A DNA stretch of 64,000 nucleotides from Candidatus Limnocylindria bacterium (GCA_035489815.1 DATHJH010000018.1:73931-137930); one strand, 5' to 3'; numbered from the stretch's first letter, positions 1-9,818 are shown. Notes: generated from the letters alone by a model not told the origin. A program made the numbers and translations.

Positions 1-27
1 GATGCTTATGGTTATTTTATCATATAA

Positions 28-56
28 AAACCAGCCGATTTCTCGGCTGGTTTTGG
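28..56. terminator. Rho-independent terminator hairpin (stem CCAGCCGA/TCGGCTGG, loop TTTC) flanked by an A-run and a T-run, just downstream of pilA
   Basis: Perfect 8-bp GC-rich stem with T-run read directly in the sequence; the minus-strand pilin ORF ends at 75. Confidence 0.6.
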
Positions 57-74
57 TAGCTCTAATGCTATCTA

Positions 75-497
75 CTAGTTCACACTGTTGAGGACGTAGG
101 CACCTCCGGCACCTGCATCAGGGTCCTCGGTGTTTTCCAGTGCAGCAGAGAGGGTGAATGAAGAACATCCGGCGGTATCACACGTTCCGGTGCCAGTATA
201 TGTGTAGGCGTCGTTTCGCGGACCAGTTGTTTCTTCTGTGCCGGTAATGTCAAGGTCTGTTGCCAGGTTGGCAGTGAGCGGGTAGTGTCCGTCGTCGTTA
301 AAGCTTGTTTCAAGCTTTTGTTGTAAGTTTTTGAGCTCGTTCTTACGATCGGTGTCCCGGCCGCGGGCCTGGGCGCTAAACAGGTTAGGCAGAGCCAAGG
401 CAACCAGTATGCCGATGATGACGATCACAACCAAAAGCTCGATGATTGTAAAGCCCTTCTGGCCCTTTAATTGATCTTTAGACAAATTTTTACGCAT
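75..497 (-). CDS. pilA: Type IV pilin (prepilin with N-terminal cleavage/methylation domain)
   Basis: N-terminus MRKNLSKDQLKGQKG|FTIIELLVVIVIIGILVA: Gly-1/Phe+1/Glu+5 class III signal followed by a hydrophobic helix; 140 aa. Confidence 0.85.
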   Translation of the reverse strand: MRKNLSKDQLKGQKGFTIIELLVVIVIIGILVALALPNLFSAQARGRDTDRKNELKNLQQKLETSFNDDGHYPLTANLATDLDITGTEETTGPRNDAYTYTGTGTCDTAGCSSFTLSAALENTEDPDAGAGGAYVLNSVN

Positions 498-640
498 TTA
501 TCCACTCCTTAAATGCTAGTTTTTACTTTTTTTAGTACTACCCTAAAAATATACGCTTAAGCTTAACTTGTCAACTACTATAAGGTTCAAAGCTGAGACC
601 TATCCACAGCCTTTTGAGTCATTTGTTAAAATCCAAAGTA

Positions 641-670
641 TTGACAATGTCTATACAATAGTAATACAAT
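641..670 (+). promoter_or_regulatory. Sigma70-like promoter TTGACA-N18-TACAAT ending 6 nt before the relB ATG, implying a leaderless mRNA
   Basis: TTGACA at 641-646, TACAAT at 665-670, ATG at 677; direct ATACAATA repeats in the spacer could be an operator. Confidence 0.4.
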
Positions 671-676
671 ATAAAC

Positions 677-952
677 ATGAATACGGCAATTTTGAATATC
701 AAGACAGACCCAGAAACCAAAGAACAGTTGAAAAAGTTTGCGGCGCAGCTGGGCTTGCCGGTATCTGCACTTATGAACGCGCAGATCAAGCAGATGTTGC
801 GCACCCGCAAGGTGGAATTTGGTTCCCCCCTGGAGCCTACCCCTTACCTGGAGGAGATCATTAAAGAAGCTGAAGCTGATTACCAGGCCGGCCGCAACAT
901 TATTACGACCAAAACAGACAAAGAGACTTTGGACTTCTTGCGCTCGATATGA
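677..952 (+). CDS. RelB/DinJ-family antitoxin
   Basis: 91-aa protein with an N-terminal ribbon-helix-helix-like region; its stop overlaps the start of the downstream RelE/YafQ toxin (ATGA). Confidence 0.7.
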   Translation: MNTAILNIKTDPETKEQLKKFAAQLGLPVSALMNAQIKQMLRTRKVEFGSPLEPTPYLEEIIKEAEADYQAGRNIITTKTDKETLDFLRSI

Positions 953-1209
953 AAACTACATTCCATAAACGGTTTGTAAAGCAGTATGCTAAATTGCCGG
1001 TTGCCCAAAAGAGGCGTTTTGAAAAAGCGATACTACTTTTTAGGAACGAGCCGAATCACACGAGTTTATACAACCACTCATTAACTGGCGACTGGACGGG
1101 CTATCGCTCCATTGCATTCGGTGGGGATTGGCGGGCGCACTATCTTCCTAAAGGCAAAGACGAGGCACTCTTCGTTGCTATTGGTACGCATAGCCAGCTT
1201 TATAAGTAG
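949..1209 (+). CDS. RelE/YafQ-family mRNA interferase toxin
   Basis: 86 aa; motif GDWTGYRSIAFGGDWRAHY...IGTHSQLY matches the YafQ/RelE core (GxWxGYR...DW...TGTH). Confidence 0.8.
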   Translation: MKTTFHKRFVKQYAKLPVAQKRRFEKAILLFRNEPNHTSLYNHSLTGDWTGYRSIAFGGDWRAHYLPKGKDEALFVAIGTHSQLYK

Positions 1210-1215
1210 CGAATT

Positions 1216-2433
1216 CTAAACAGCGCCTTGCAGGGAGATGATGGGCCCCAGGACGCTGGCGACGATGACGCCGACGACGCCGCCCAGGGCGACGATGAGG
1301 ATTGGTTCTATGATGGAGGCCAGGCTGTCGATGACGGTGTCTACCTCTTGTTCGTAGAATTCGGCCACTTTTTCCAGCACGGTGTCCAGCTGGCCGGTTT
1401 CCTCGCCCACAGCGGTCATCTGGATGATAATCTGCGGCATGACGTGGCTTTCTTCCAGGCTGTCGGCGATGTTTGACCCGTTCCGGATGCGGACAATGCT
1501 TTCCTGGATACCCTTTTTAATGACGGCATTGTTAAGCGAGCCGCTGGTAACATTGAGGGCTTCTATCACGCTCACGCCCGCACTGGCCAGGGAGCTGAAG
1601 GTCCGGGCAAAGCGGGCGACATTTACCTTCATAATGATCTTGCCAAAAATCGGCACCTTTAGCAGAACCTTGTGAAAGTTGTACTGGCCGCTGGGTGTCT
1701 TGATGTACCTCCGGAAGGCGACGGTACTAACGACAATGCCCACAATCAGGAAGGGCCACCCGTGTACCAGAAAGTTACTAAGCGCCAGGATAACTTTTGT
1801 CTGGATGGGCAGTTCGACCTCGTTCTCTGTCAGGATGGTGGCGAGCTTGGGGATGACCCCGGTGAGCAAGAAGCCCACGGCGCCGATGGCTACGACCGTC
1901 ACGACCGCCGGATAGACCATTGCCCCCCGCAGCTTGCTTTTTATTTGGCTGTCTTTTTCCACCTGGTTGGCCAGGCGGACCAGGATCTGGTCCAGAATGC
2001 CGCCGGCCTCGCCGGCCCGGACCATGTTGACGTAGACCTCGGAAAAGATCCTGGGGTGCTGGCTCAGGGCGCCGGACAGCTGGCCGCCGCCCTGGACATT
2101 GGCGATGACCTGGTCTAAGGCTTCTTTAAGGGCTGCCGAATCGGTTTGGTCGCGCAGGGTGGATAGCGACCTCAGGATGGGCACCCCGGCGTTGATCATG
2201 GTGGAAAACTGGCGGGTAAAGATGACCAGGGCTTTGGGCTTGACGCCGCTCCGGCCGGGCAGTTTGATGTTTTTGCCAAAGCCGCTGCCGCCGACTGGTT
2301 TGACTGTGATCGGGCGGAGGCCTTTTTGTTTTAGCAACGCGATGGCTGCTTGCTGGGAGTTGGCGGTGATTGTTCCGTTTTGCGGGTCGCCGGATTTGGT
2401 CCGGGCAACGTAAGTAAATGATGAGGTTGCCAT
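1216..2433 (-). CDS. pilC: Type IV pilus assembly platform protein PilC (GspF family)
   Basis: 405 aa with two T2SS-F domains and three TM segments; immediately downstream of pilB. Confidence 0.9.
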   Translation of the reverse strand: MATSSFTYVARTKSGDPQNGTITANSQQAAIALLKQKGLRPITVKPVGGSGFGKNIKLPGRSGVKPKALVIFTRQFSTMINAGVPILRSLSTLRDQTDSAALKEALDQVIANVQGGGQLSGALSQHPRIFSEVYVNMVRAGEAGGILDQILVRLANQVEKDSQIKSKLRGAMVYPAVVTVVAIGAVGFLLTGVIPKLATILTENEVELPIQTKVILALSNFLVHGWPFLIVGIVVSTVAFRRYIKTPSGQYNFHKVLLKVPIFGKIIMKVNVARFARTFSSLASAGVSVIEALNVTSGSLNNAVIKKGIQESIVRIRNGSNIADSLEESHVMPQIIIQMTAVGEETGQLDTVLEKVAEFYEQEVDTVIDSLASIIEPILIVALGGVVGVIVASVLGPIISLQGAV

Positions 2434-2445
2434 TGTTGTCCGGAC

Positions 2446-4272
2446 CTATCCCTCTCCTGTTGTAGTGACGCGCAGGAGTTCCTCTATTGACGTCTGGCCG
2501 CGCAGGGCTTTGATGAAACCGTCCAGCTGCATAGTTACCATGCCTTCTTTGATGGCCTGGTTTTGTATGTCGGCGCTGGTGGCATTGGCCACAATAAGTT
2601 TTTGCACGTTTTCAGAGTTGGACAATACTTCGTAAATGCCGACCCGGCCTTTGTAGCCGGTGCGGCCGCAGGTTTCGCAGCCGTTTTCGTGGACCTTCCA
2701 GAGGCGGGTGATTTTAGCCGGCGTAGTACTAAGCTGGTCGGTCTTTTCAGACTTGCCCGGATTGTTACTACTGGTTTTGCCAATGCCGCCCTCCAGCGCC
2801 TGCTTTTCCAGGTCGTGGACGTACTGCATGACGGAACTGTTGTCTGTTTTGAATATCTCTGCCAGCTGCTTTAGTGTGGCCGCATCCGGCACGTAAGGGG
2901 TACGACAATCAACGCAGAGCCGGCGTACCAGGCGCTGGCCCACGACGGCCCGGACGGTGCTGGCAATCAGGAAAGGTTCTATCCCCATGTCCAGCAGGCG
3001 CGGCAGACAGGTAGCGGCGTTGTTAGTGTGCAGCGTGGCAAAGACCAGGTGCCCGGTCAGGGCGGCCTGCACTGCTAATCCGGCTGTTTCGACGTCGCGG
3101 ATCTCTCCGACCATGATGATATTCGGGTCCTGGCGCAGCAGGGCGCGCAGGCCGTTGGCAAAAGTCATACCGGCCTTGGGGTTAACCTGAGTTTGGTTGG
3201 CCCCCGGGATTTTGTATTCCACCGGATCCTCTACGGTAGAGATGTTGACACTTGGTTTGTTCAGCAAGCTCAGGGTGCTAAAGAGGCTGGTGGACTTGCC
3301 GGACCCGGTCGGACCGGTGACCAGGATCATGCCATGCGGCTGGGTAATGGCCTGGTTGATGTGCGCCAGGGCCGGACCCCAGTAGCCCAACTCTTCCAGT
3401 GTCAAGGCCTCGCTGGACTCGCTCAGGATGCGCATGACCACCTTTTCGCCTTCGCTGATGGGCAGGGTAGATACGCGCAGGGCATAGACGGCGCTGCCGA
3501 TCTGGATTTTGAACCGGCCGTCTTGCGGTACGCGACGTTCGTCCAGTTTGAGGTTGGACAGGATTTTGATGCGGGACACCAAGGCGCTGTGGACTTTCTT
3601 AGGCAGTTTGTTAGCTTCTTTCAAAATGCCGTCTACGCGGTAGCGAACACTGATGTAACTGTCCCGCGGTTCAATGTGGATGTCGCTGGCACCGCTGCGG
3701 ATGGCGTATTCGATCAGCAGGTTGACGGTCTGGGCAATGGGCGAATCTTCGGCCAGGTCGGCCTCGTCAACCTCCTCCTCTTTGCCTGCCTCTTCTTCGT
3801 CGCTGGCGGTCACCACCTGGGTCAGTTCGCTGCTGATGTTGCCGCGGTAGAGGTCCAGCGCAGTGCGAATATCGGTGGTGGTTGCCACATGGACTTTGAT
3901 GTTGTCCCCCAGTTGCTTCTGCAGGAAGTTGACGGCCTGGATGTCGTCCGGGTCCTCCATGGCCAACAGCTTGGAACCGTCCCCTTCGACGTCAAACAGT
4001 ACCACGCCGTACTGTTTGGCAATACGTTCGGGAATGAGTTTGAGGACCTCCCGGTTAATGCCCGTAGCGTCGACTTCTGTAAACGGAATGTCTATTTCTT
4101 TGGCGTAGAGTTTGGTCAGGTCCTTTTCAGATATGACCTCGTTTTTAATCACGATGTCCTGCAGGGGCTTTTTCTCGGCCTTTTCCTGGTCCTTCAATTC
4201 AGCCAGCTTCTCCGCAGAGACCTTTTTTGCGGCCACCAACAACTTTTCCACCAATGAATCAGAGATACGCAT
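2446..4272 (-). CDS. pilB: Type IV pilus assembly ATPase PilB (GspE family)
   Basis: 608 aa; N-terminal GSPII_E_N domain, Walker A GPTGSGKST, Asp/His boxes, tetracysteine CVDCRTP...CETCG. Confidence 0.92.
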   Translation of the reverse strand: MRISDSLVEKLLVAAKKVSAEKLAELKDQEKAEKKPLQDIVIKNEVISEKDLTKLYAKEIDIPFTEVDATGINREVLKLIPERIAKQYGVVLFDVEGDGSKLLAMEDPDDIQAVNFLQKQLGDNIKVHVATTTDIRTALDLYRGNISSELTQVVTASDEEEAGKEEEVDEADLAEDSPIAQTVNLLIEYAIRSGASDIHIEPRDSYISVRYRVDGILKEANKLPKKVHSALVSRIKILSNLKLDERRVPQDGRFKIQIGSAVYALRVSTLPISEGEKVVMRILSESSEALTLEELGYWGPALAHINQAITQPHGMILVTGPTGSGKSTSLFSTLSLLNKPSVNISTVEDPVEYKIPGANQTQVNPKAGMTFANGLRALLRQDPNIIMVGEIRDVETAGLAVQAALTGHLVFATLHTNNAATCLPRLLDMGIEPFLIASTVRAVVGQRLVRRLCVDCRTPYVPDAATLKQLAEIFKTDNSSVMQYVHDLEKQALEGGIGKTSSNNPGKSEKTDQLSTTPAKITRLWKVHENGCETCGRTGYKGRVGIYEVLSNSENVQKLIVANATSADIQNQAIKEGMVTMQLDGFIKALRGQTSIEELLRVTTTGEG

Positions 4273-4355
4273 AGTTTGAAATCATTATATAGGAATAGGA
4301 AAGCCGTAAGCAATTTAAGTACTTCAAAAAGGAGGTTAATGCGGAAAGGGGCTGG

Positions 4356-4817
4356 CTACGGTAGGATTTTTGGCGTAACAGCGTCACAGTTCGGCAGCCG
4401 GGCAAGGATAGCTTCTGGATCGAGCGTAAAAATTTGCTGGGGCGTTTCATCCTTGCTGCCCTCCATATGGAGTAGGGCTGTGAAGCCTGTTTCGTTGTCT
4501 GCGTTCTGGGCCAGAACTATCTGCAGGTCACCTACCTCCTCTGAGGTAGCTCTGCAAAGTGCAGTCACAACTTCCCCGGCCTTTAAAAAGCCGGCATAGC
4601 CTTGGAGGTTATTTGGTGTGGTCATTTCCTCATCAACAAACAGCGCAAGGTCAGTAGTCAATGCCGGATTGACCGTAAGGTCAAGCTCCCCTACTGATTC
4701 AAGGGCCGTAGTTCGGGTAGTTTCTTGTGCTGCGTTATCCGCGGGGTCGCCCTCCGATGAGCAGCCGCCAAATACCATCGCCGCAGATGTTCCTACAATT
4801 GCCAAACCCATCTTCAT
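4356..4817 (-). CDS. Hypothetical lipoprotein
   Basis: Signal peptide with lipobox (VFGG|C); acidic, Thr-rich mature part with no recognisable domain. Confidence 0.45.
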   Translation of the reverse strand: MKMGLAIVGTSAAMVFGGCSSEGDPADNAAQETTRTTALESVGELDLTVNPALTTDLALFVDEEMTTPNNLQGYAGFLKAGEVVTALCRATSEEVGDLQIVLAQNADNETGFTALLHMEGSKDETPQQIFTLDPEAILARLPNCDAVTPKILP

Positions 4818-5124
4818 TGTGTGTATACTCCTTAGTAATCTGCGTAAGTAATAGCAAGCTTATACGCCTCGGGCCTATAGGATATCGCACAGAAATCAAA
4901 GAATCTGATCCCTAACAGATGGGGATTTTGCAAGGCTGGGCCGTTCTGAGACCTAGGACCTAGAGGTCGGGCCTCTAACAGATGGGAAATACGCAAGTTT
5001 ACCGCCAAGTCAGTCCGGTGCACTGCACTTAGATATGTAAAAATTACCGATGATGGGTATTCGGCGGGTTTGCTATACTTAAGCAGAATAAAGAAATAGG
5101 GTGGATTAAGGGTATAAGAAACGA

Positions 5125-6180
5125 ATGGCAAAGAAAGAACCAAAGGCAGATCCGACAAAAGAGCCTAAGGCAGAGGACGCGGGCGGCAGGTCCAAGGCCT
5201 TGGGGCTGGCGATGGAGACGATTGAAAAGAACTTTGGCAAAGGGTCTATTATGAAACTGGGCGATGCCCATAAGACGGCGGTAGAGACCATCCCCACCGG
5301 GTCGCTCAGCCTGGACATTGCCCTGGGCGGCGGTCTGCCCAAAGGCCGGGTGATTGAAGTTTACGGCCCGGAAAGCTCCGGCAAAACCACTCTTACGCTT
5401 CATGCTATTGCCGCTATACAGAGACAGGGTGGCACAGCTGCGTTCATAGATGCCGAACATGCCTTGGACCCGGCCTATGCCCAGCGCATCGGCGTAGATA
5501 CAGCTAATTTACTGATTTCCCAGCCGGACAACGGCGAACAGGCTTTGGAAATTACCGAAACCCTGGTGCGCTCCAACGCCGTCGACCTGGTGGTGGTAGA
5601 CTCCGTAGCCGCCCTGGTACCGCGGGCAGAGATAGAAGGCGACATGGGTGACAGTCTGCCTGGCCTGCAGGCCAGGCTGATGAGCCAGGCCCTGCGTAAA
5701 CTGACCGGCGTTATTTCCCGCTCCAAAACGACCGTTATATTCATCAACCAGATACGCATGAAGATTGGCGTGATGTTTGGCAATCCAGAGACAACAACCG
5801 GCGGTAACGCGCTCAAATTCTATGCCAGCGCCCGCATGGACATCCGCCGTATTTCCCAGATCAAACAGGGCGAGGAAATCATCGGCAACCGCACCCGGGT
5901 AAAAGTGGTCAAGAACAAGATTGCGCCGCCCTTCCGGGTAGCCGAGTTTGACATCATGTACAACGAAGGTATTTCCATGACCGGCGACGTGCTGGATCTG
6001 GCTACCGAACGCGGTATTGTAGAAAAGGCCGGCGCGTGGTTTAGCTACAAAGACGCCAAAATCGGCCAGGGCCGCGAAGCCACCAAGGCTTACCTGAAAG
6101 CAAACCCCAAAGTCCTGGACGAAATAGAAAAAAAGGTTCGCGAAAACGCCGAAGCCGCAGCCACTGCGGCCAAGGGATAG
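5125..6180 (+). CDS. recA: Recombinase RecA
   Basis: 351 aa; Walker [10 protein letters not shown], RecA L1/L2 loops, highly conserved throughout. Confidence 0.97.
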   Translation: MAKKEPKADPTKEPKAEDAGGRSKALGLAMETIEKNFGKGSIMKLGDAHKTAVETIPTGSLSLDIALGGGLPKGRVIEVYGPESSGKTTLTLHAIAAIQRQGGTAAFIDAEHALDPAYAQRIGVDTANLLISQPDNGEQALEITETLVRSNAVDLVVVDSVAALVPRAEIEGDMGDSLPGLQARLMSQALRKLTGVISRSKTTVIFINQIRMKIGVMFGNPETTTGGNALKFYASARMDIRRISQIKQGEEIIGNRTRVKVVKNKIAPPFRVAEFDIMYNEGISMTGDVLDLATERGIVEKAGAWFSYKDAKIGQGREATKAYLKANPKVLDEIEKKVRENAEAAATAAKG

Positions 6181-6181
6181 T

Positions 6182-6475
6182 ATGGCTCACCAGCAAATAG
6201 TTGTGGTTGACGAGAACGACCAACCGGTCGGTGTCTTTCCAAAGGAAGAAGTGTGGGCAAAGGGCCTGTCGCACCGCATCGTACATATCATGCTGGAGGA
6301 TGATCAGGGCAACCTGCTGCTGCAAAAACGCTCCATGCAAATGGATACCGCTCCAGGTTGTTGGGACCATGCGGCTGCCTGGATGAAGTCAAACAACTCA
6401 TCCGTAGCCACCCCAACCAAGTTACCGATGGTCTTGCGCTGGTTATGGACAGGCACTATACGCCAAGGGGTCTAG
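6182..6475 (+). pseudogene. NUDIX/Idi-like N-terminal fragment (probable frameshifted remnant)
   Basis: VVVDENDQPVG...LLLQKRS...PGCWD matches the Idi/NUDIX N-terminus but no NUDIX box follows; the +2 frame continues with GCLDEVKQLIRS, suggesting an indel near 6375. Confidence 0.35.
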
Positions 6476-6545
6476 CACGCACTGGGCAAGAGATCTCTTG
6501 ATATAGCGTACATACTTATGTACAATTTTAAGTACAAGGAGTAGT

Positions 6546-6812
6546 ATGATGAATATAACCTCAGTCTCGGAACTGCGAAAAAATACCAAGAAATACTTTG
6601 ACCGGGTGGCAGACGATGAAGAAATTATTATCGTGACTCGGCCCAATGGGAGGTCAGTCGTGCTCATGTCAATGGATGCATACAACGATATAGACACGAC
6701 CGACTACCTAAGCAGTAGCGTAACAAATCGACTTCGTCTGCTAAAGTCGCTTGAACAGGCCCGTGCTGGCAAAGTCATCCCAAAGACAACTCAGGAACTA
6801 AAAGGTGACTAA
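6546..6812 (+). CDS. yefM: YefM/Phd-family antitoxin
   Basis: 88 aa; upstream TGTACA-N7-GTACA operator-like repeats (6518-6535); overlaps the yoeB start. Confidence 0.8.
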   Translation: MMNITSVSELRKNTKKYFDRVADDEEIIIVTRPNGRSVVLMSMDAYNDIDTTDYLSSSVTNRLRLLKSLEQARAGKVIPKTTQELKGD

Positions 6813-7074
6813 ACGACTACTCACTTTTACGCCGATTGGGTGGGAAGACCATATATACTGGCAGGAACACGACAAAAAACTGGCGCGTAAGATCAAGCTA
6901 ATTTTAGAAGTACTGAAAACGCCATTTACGGGAAGCGGAAAGCCAGAACCGCTGAAGTCCGATTATGCCGGCTACTGGTCTCGGCGTATTGATAAAGAGC
7001 ATCGTCTTATCTACAGTGTTTCTGACGAACATATTTTAGTGGCGCAGTGTCGGTTTCACTACGACAGAAAATAA
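6805..7074 (+). CDS. yoeB: YoeB/Txe-family toxin (ribosome-dependent mRNase)
   Basis: 89 aa; EDHIYWQEHDKKLARKI...PFTGSGKPEPLKSDYAGYWSRRIDKEHRLIYSV is near-identical in pattern to E. coli YoeB. Confidence 0.9.
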   Translation: MTKRLLTFTPIGWEDHIYWQEHDKKLARKIKLILEVLKTPFTGSGKPEPLKSDYAGYWSRRIDKEHRLIYSVSDEHILVAQCRFHYDRK

Positions 7075-7101
7075 CAGGCCCAGAGTATAAGGGAGCAATC
7101 T

Positions 7102-7701
7102 ATGAAGATTACTGCGATCAAACAACAGATCAAACGGCAGGATCGCTACTCTATTTATGTAGATGACAAGTATCTGTTTTCTTTTTCTGAAAATGAGTTG
7201 ATTGGTTCTGGGTTGAAGGTAAACCAGGAACTGTCAGAACGGGAGTTGCTGGCGCTCAAGGACCAGGCTGTTCTGGGTAAGGCCTACGACCGCGCCTTAA
7301 ACCTCATTTCTCACCGTCCCCGGAGCGAATGGGAACTGCGCGACTACCTGAAGCGCAAGGACTACGATGAAGACGTTATAACCAGCACGATTGAACGGCT
7401 GCATGATCGCGGCTATGTAAATGATCTGGATTTTGCCCGGCGTTGGGTGCAGTCGCGGCGGCTGCTCAAAAGCACCAGCAAACGCAGATTGTCCCAGGAG
7501 CTCCGCCAAAAACGCATCGCAGACGATGTCATCAGCCAGGTGCTGGAGGCAGACGAAACCGACGAACGGCAAGTCCTGCGCGAACTCATAGAACGAAAAC
7601 GCAAACAAACCAAATACCAGGACAACCTCAAACTCATGCAGTATTTATCGCGCCAGGGCTTTAACTATGATGATATTAAAATAGCACTGGCAAAAGAGTA
7701 A
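7102..7701 (+). CDS. recX: RecA regulator RecX
   Basis: 199 aa with three RecX repeat units (YDRALNLISHRPRSEWELRDYL...); sits downstream of recA. Confidence 0.8.
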   Translation: MKITAIKQQIKRQDRYSIYVDDKYLFSFSENELIGSGLKVNQELSERELLALKDQAVLGKAYDRALNLISHRPRSEWELRDYLKRKDYDEDVITSTIERLHDRGYVNDLDFARRWVQSRRLLKSTSKRRLSQELRQKRIADDVISQVLEADETDERQVLRELIERKRKQTKYQDNLKLMQYLSRQGFNYDDIKIALAKE

Positions 7702-7795
7702 CTTGCTATACGGTCCGGCGGAGTCGGGTGGGTGGGAGCCACGGCTTGCGATAAATCGGCGGTTTCTTGTTTTGCCTTTTCGTACTTTTTAGCTC

Positions 7796-8608
7796 TTAGT
7801 TCGGTGAGCGGGTGCGGAACAGGCGGACGGATACAAAGACGCTGACCAGCAAAATGCCGGTGCACCAGGCCAGGGCTTTCCAGCCGTAGTCGCCAATGGG
7901 GGTGCCGACCAGCAGGGCGCGGATGGCTTCGATCACCTGGGTGACGGGCTGATTCTCTGCAAAAATGCGCAGGTATTTGGGCATGCCGTCGGTCGGGACA
8001 AAGGCGCTGCTGGCGAAGGTAATGGGGAAGACAAACACAAAGGTCATCCACTGGACGGCCTCTACGCTTTTGGCAAACAGGCCCATGATGGCCGACAGCC
8101 AGGACATGGCAAAGGTAAACAGCAGTAAAATGGCAAAGACCAATATCCATTCCAGGAAACTGGCGGCCGGGCGAAAGCCCACGGCCAGTCCGACCAGGAT
8201 CATGATGATGCTGGATACGGTGTTACGCACCAGGTCTGCCACGGTGTGCCCAACCAGTACGGCAGAGGGCAGCATAGGCAGGGATTTGAACCGGTCCACA
8301 ATGCCGCGCTGCATGTCGGTAGCAATGCCAAGCGCGGTGTAGCTGGCGCCAAAGGCAGCGCTTTGTACCAAAATACCGGCTACCAGGAAGTTAACATAGG
8401 TGGTACCTTCGGTTTTGATGGCGCCGCCAAAGACGTAGCGGAACAGCAGCATGAACATGATTGGCTGAAAGGCCACAGACATCAGCTGGTCCGGGTTTTT
8501 TATGATGTGCTTGGCGCTGCGGACAATAAGCGTACCGCAGTTGCTGAGCGCCCAGTACAGTTCAGAGTGTTTTTGCGGCTTAAAGGCAGTCTCAGTGGAA
8601 GTTGCCAT
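7796..8608 (-). CDS. ABC-2 type transporter permease
   Basis: 270 aa with six TM segments; overlaps the upstream ABC ATPase stop. Confidence 0.75.
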   Translation of the reverse strand: MATSTETAFKPQKHSELYWALSNCGTLIVRSAKHIIKNPDQLMSVAFQPIMFMLLFRYVFGGAIKTEGTTYVNFLVAGILVQSAAFGASYTALGIATDMQRGIVDRFKSLPMLPSAVLVGHTVADLVRNTVSSIIMILVGLAVGFRPAASFLEWILVFAILLLFTFAMSWLSAIMGLFAKSVEAVQWMTFVFVFPITFASSAFVPTDGMPKYLRIFAENQPVTQVIEAIRALLVGTPIGDYGWKALAWCTGILLVSVFVSVRLFRTRSPN

Positions 8609-9597
8609 TACTTTTTCCTCCTTCCGGCGGGTTCGTCTTCGGGTTCGGTTTCCTGTGACGAGTCGGCGGTTTGTTTGCCGGTGAGGGTCAGGAAGACGTC
8701 GTCCAGGGTCGGTTTATGCAGGGCCAGGGTTTCTACGGTAATTTTGGCTTTTTCAAGTTCAATCAACAGGTTTTTGACCTGGGTGGCGCCGCCGTTGTTG
8801 GCGATGGACAGCTTCCGTTGGTCTTCGTCGACTTGCAGGGCTTCGCCGTCAACGATCTGTTTGGCTTTACTGAAATTGCTCTTTTCGCTGATGGTCAGTT
8901 CCAGCCGTTCGTTGCCGACCTTTTGTTTCAGTTGGTCGGCGGTACCTTCGGCAATGACTTTGCCGCCGTCAATCACTACGATCTTGTCCGCCAACAGATC
9001 TGCTTCTTCCAGGTACTGGGTGGTCAGGAGGATGGTGGTGCCCTGGGCAACCAGGTTCTTGATGATGTCCCACATGGCAATGCGGCTGCGGGGATCCAGG
9101 CCGGTGGTTGGTTCATCCAGAAACAGAATAGGCGGCGTGGCAATCAGACTGGCAGCCAGGTCCAGCCGGCGGCGCATACCGCCGGAATAATTTTTAGCAA
9201 TCCGGTCCGCTGCTTTGACCAGGTCAAACTGTTCCAGCAGTTGTTGGGCACGCTTGGCGGCGTCCTGTTTGCTGAGGCGGTACAGCCGGCCCATCATTTC
9301 CAGGTTTTCGCGCCCCGAAAGGTATTCGTCCACGGCGGCGTACTGGCCGGTCAGGCCAATGACTTCCCGGACTTTTGCTGGTGATTCGTGCACGTCAAAG
9401 CCGTTGACTTTTATGGTGCCGCTGTCGGCCTTTAGCAAGGTACTGAGAACGCGGACAATGGTGGTCTTGCCGGCACCGTTCGGGCCCAGCAGGGCAAAGA
9501 CATTGCCCGTTTCGACGGTCAGGTTGACGCCCTCCAGGACTTTTAACTTTCCAAATGATTTATGTAGATCTTTGACTACAATCGCAGTTTTTGGCAC
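8608..9597 (-). CDS. ABC transporter ATP-binding protein (DrrA-like)
   Basis: Walker A GPNGAGKTT, signature YSGGMRRRL, Walker B ILFLDEPTTGLD. Confidence 0.9.
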   Translation of the reverse strand: MPKTAIVVKDLHKSFGKLKVLEGVNLTVETGNVFALLGPNGAGKTTIVRVLSTLLKADSGTIKVNGFDVHESPAKVREVIGLTGQYAAVDEYLSGRENLEMMGRLYRLSKQDAAKRAQQLLEQFDLVKAADRIAKNYSGGMRRRLDLAASLIATPPILFLDEPTTGLDPRSRIAMWDIIKNLVAQGTTILLTTQYLEEADLLADKIVVIDGGKVIAEGTADQLKQKVGNERLELTISEKSNFSKAKQIVDGEALQVDEDQRKLSIANNGGATQVKNLLIELEKAKITVETLALHKPTLDDVFLTLTGKQTADSSQETEPEDEPAGRRKK

Positions 9598-9779
9598 GCA
9601 GGTACGTCTCCCTAAATTTTTTAATTGTCCAAGTTAGACCTTAATTGTATCACTTTTTACTTCGGTGTGCATCTGTTACTGGTGCTTTTGTGTGCGGCAA
9701 GTACCCTGCAACCAGTCGACTATCACCAACCGGGAGAGTTTTACAGCGACAATATAGACCAAAAACCGAACAAAACATA

Positions 9780-9818
9780 TCACCAATGTGTCCGGCTGGA
9801 CACATTGGTGATATGTTT
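9780..9818. terminator. Bidirectional terminator hairpin (17-bp perfect stem ATATCACCAATGTGTCC/GGACACATTGGTGATAT, loop GGCT, T-rich on both sides)
   Basis: Read directly in the sequence; lies between convergent and adjacent minus-strand genes. Confidence 0.55.

Noticed and set aside
3193-4257. 354-aa + strand ORF
   Set aside because: Entirely antisense to pilB, with Gly/Ala/Val-rich low-complexity translation typical of the reverse frame of a GC-skewed gene; spurious
4850-5124. LexA/SOS (Cheo-box or E. coli-type) operator upstream of recA
   Set aside because: No CGAAC-N4-GTTCG, GAAC-N4-GTTC or CTGT-N8-ACAG motif was found; only the lineage-specific direct repeats reported as a finding
8246-9384. 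314-aa and 237-aa + strand ORFs
   Set aside because: Antisense to the ABC ATPase and permease genes, which have strong motifs; no domain signal; spurious
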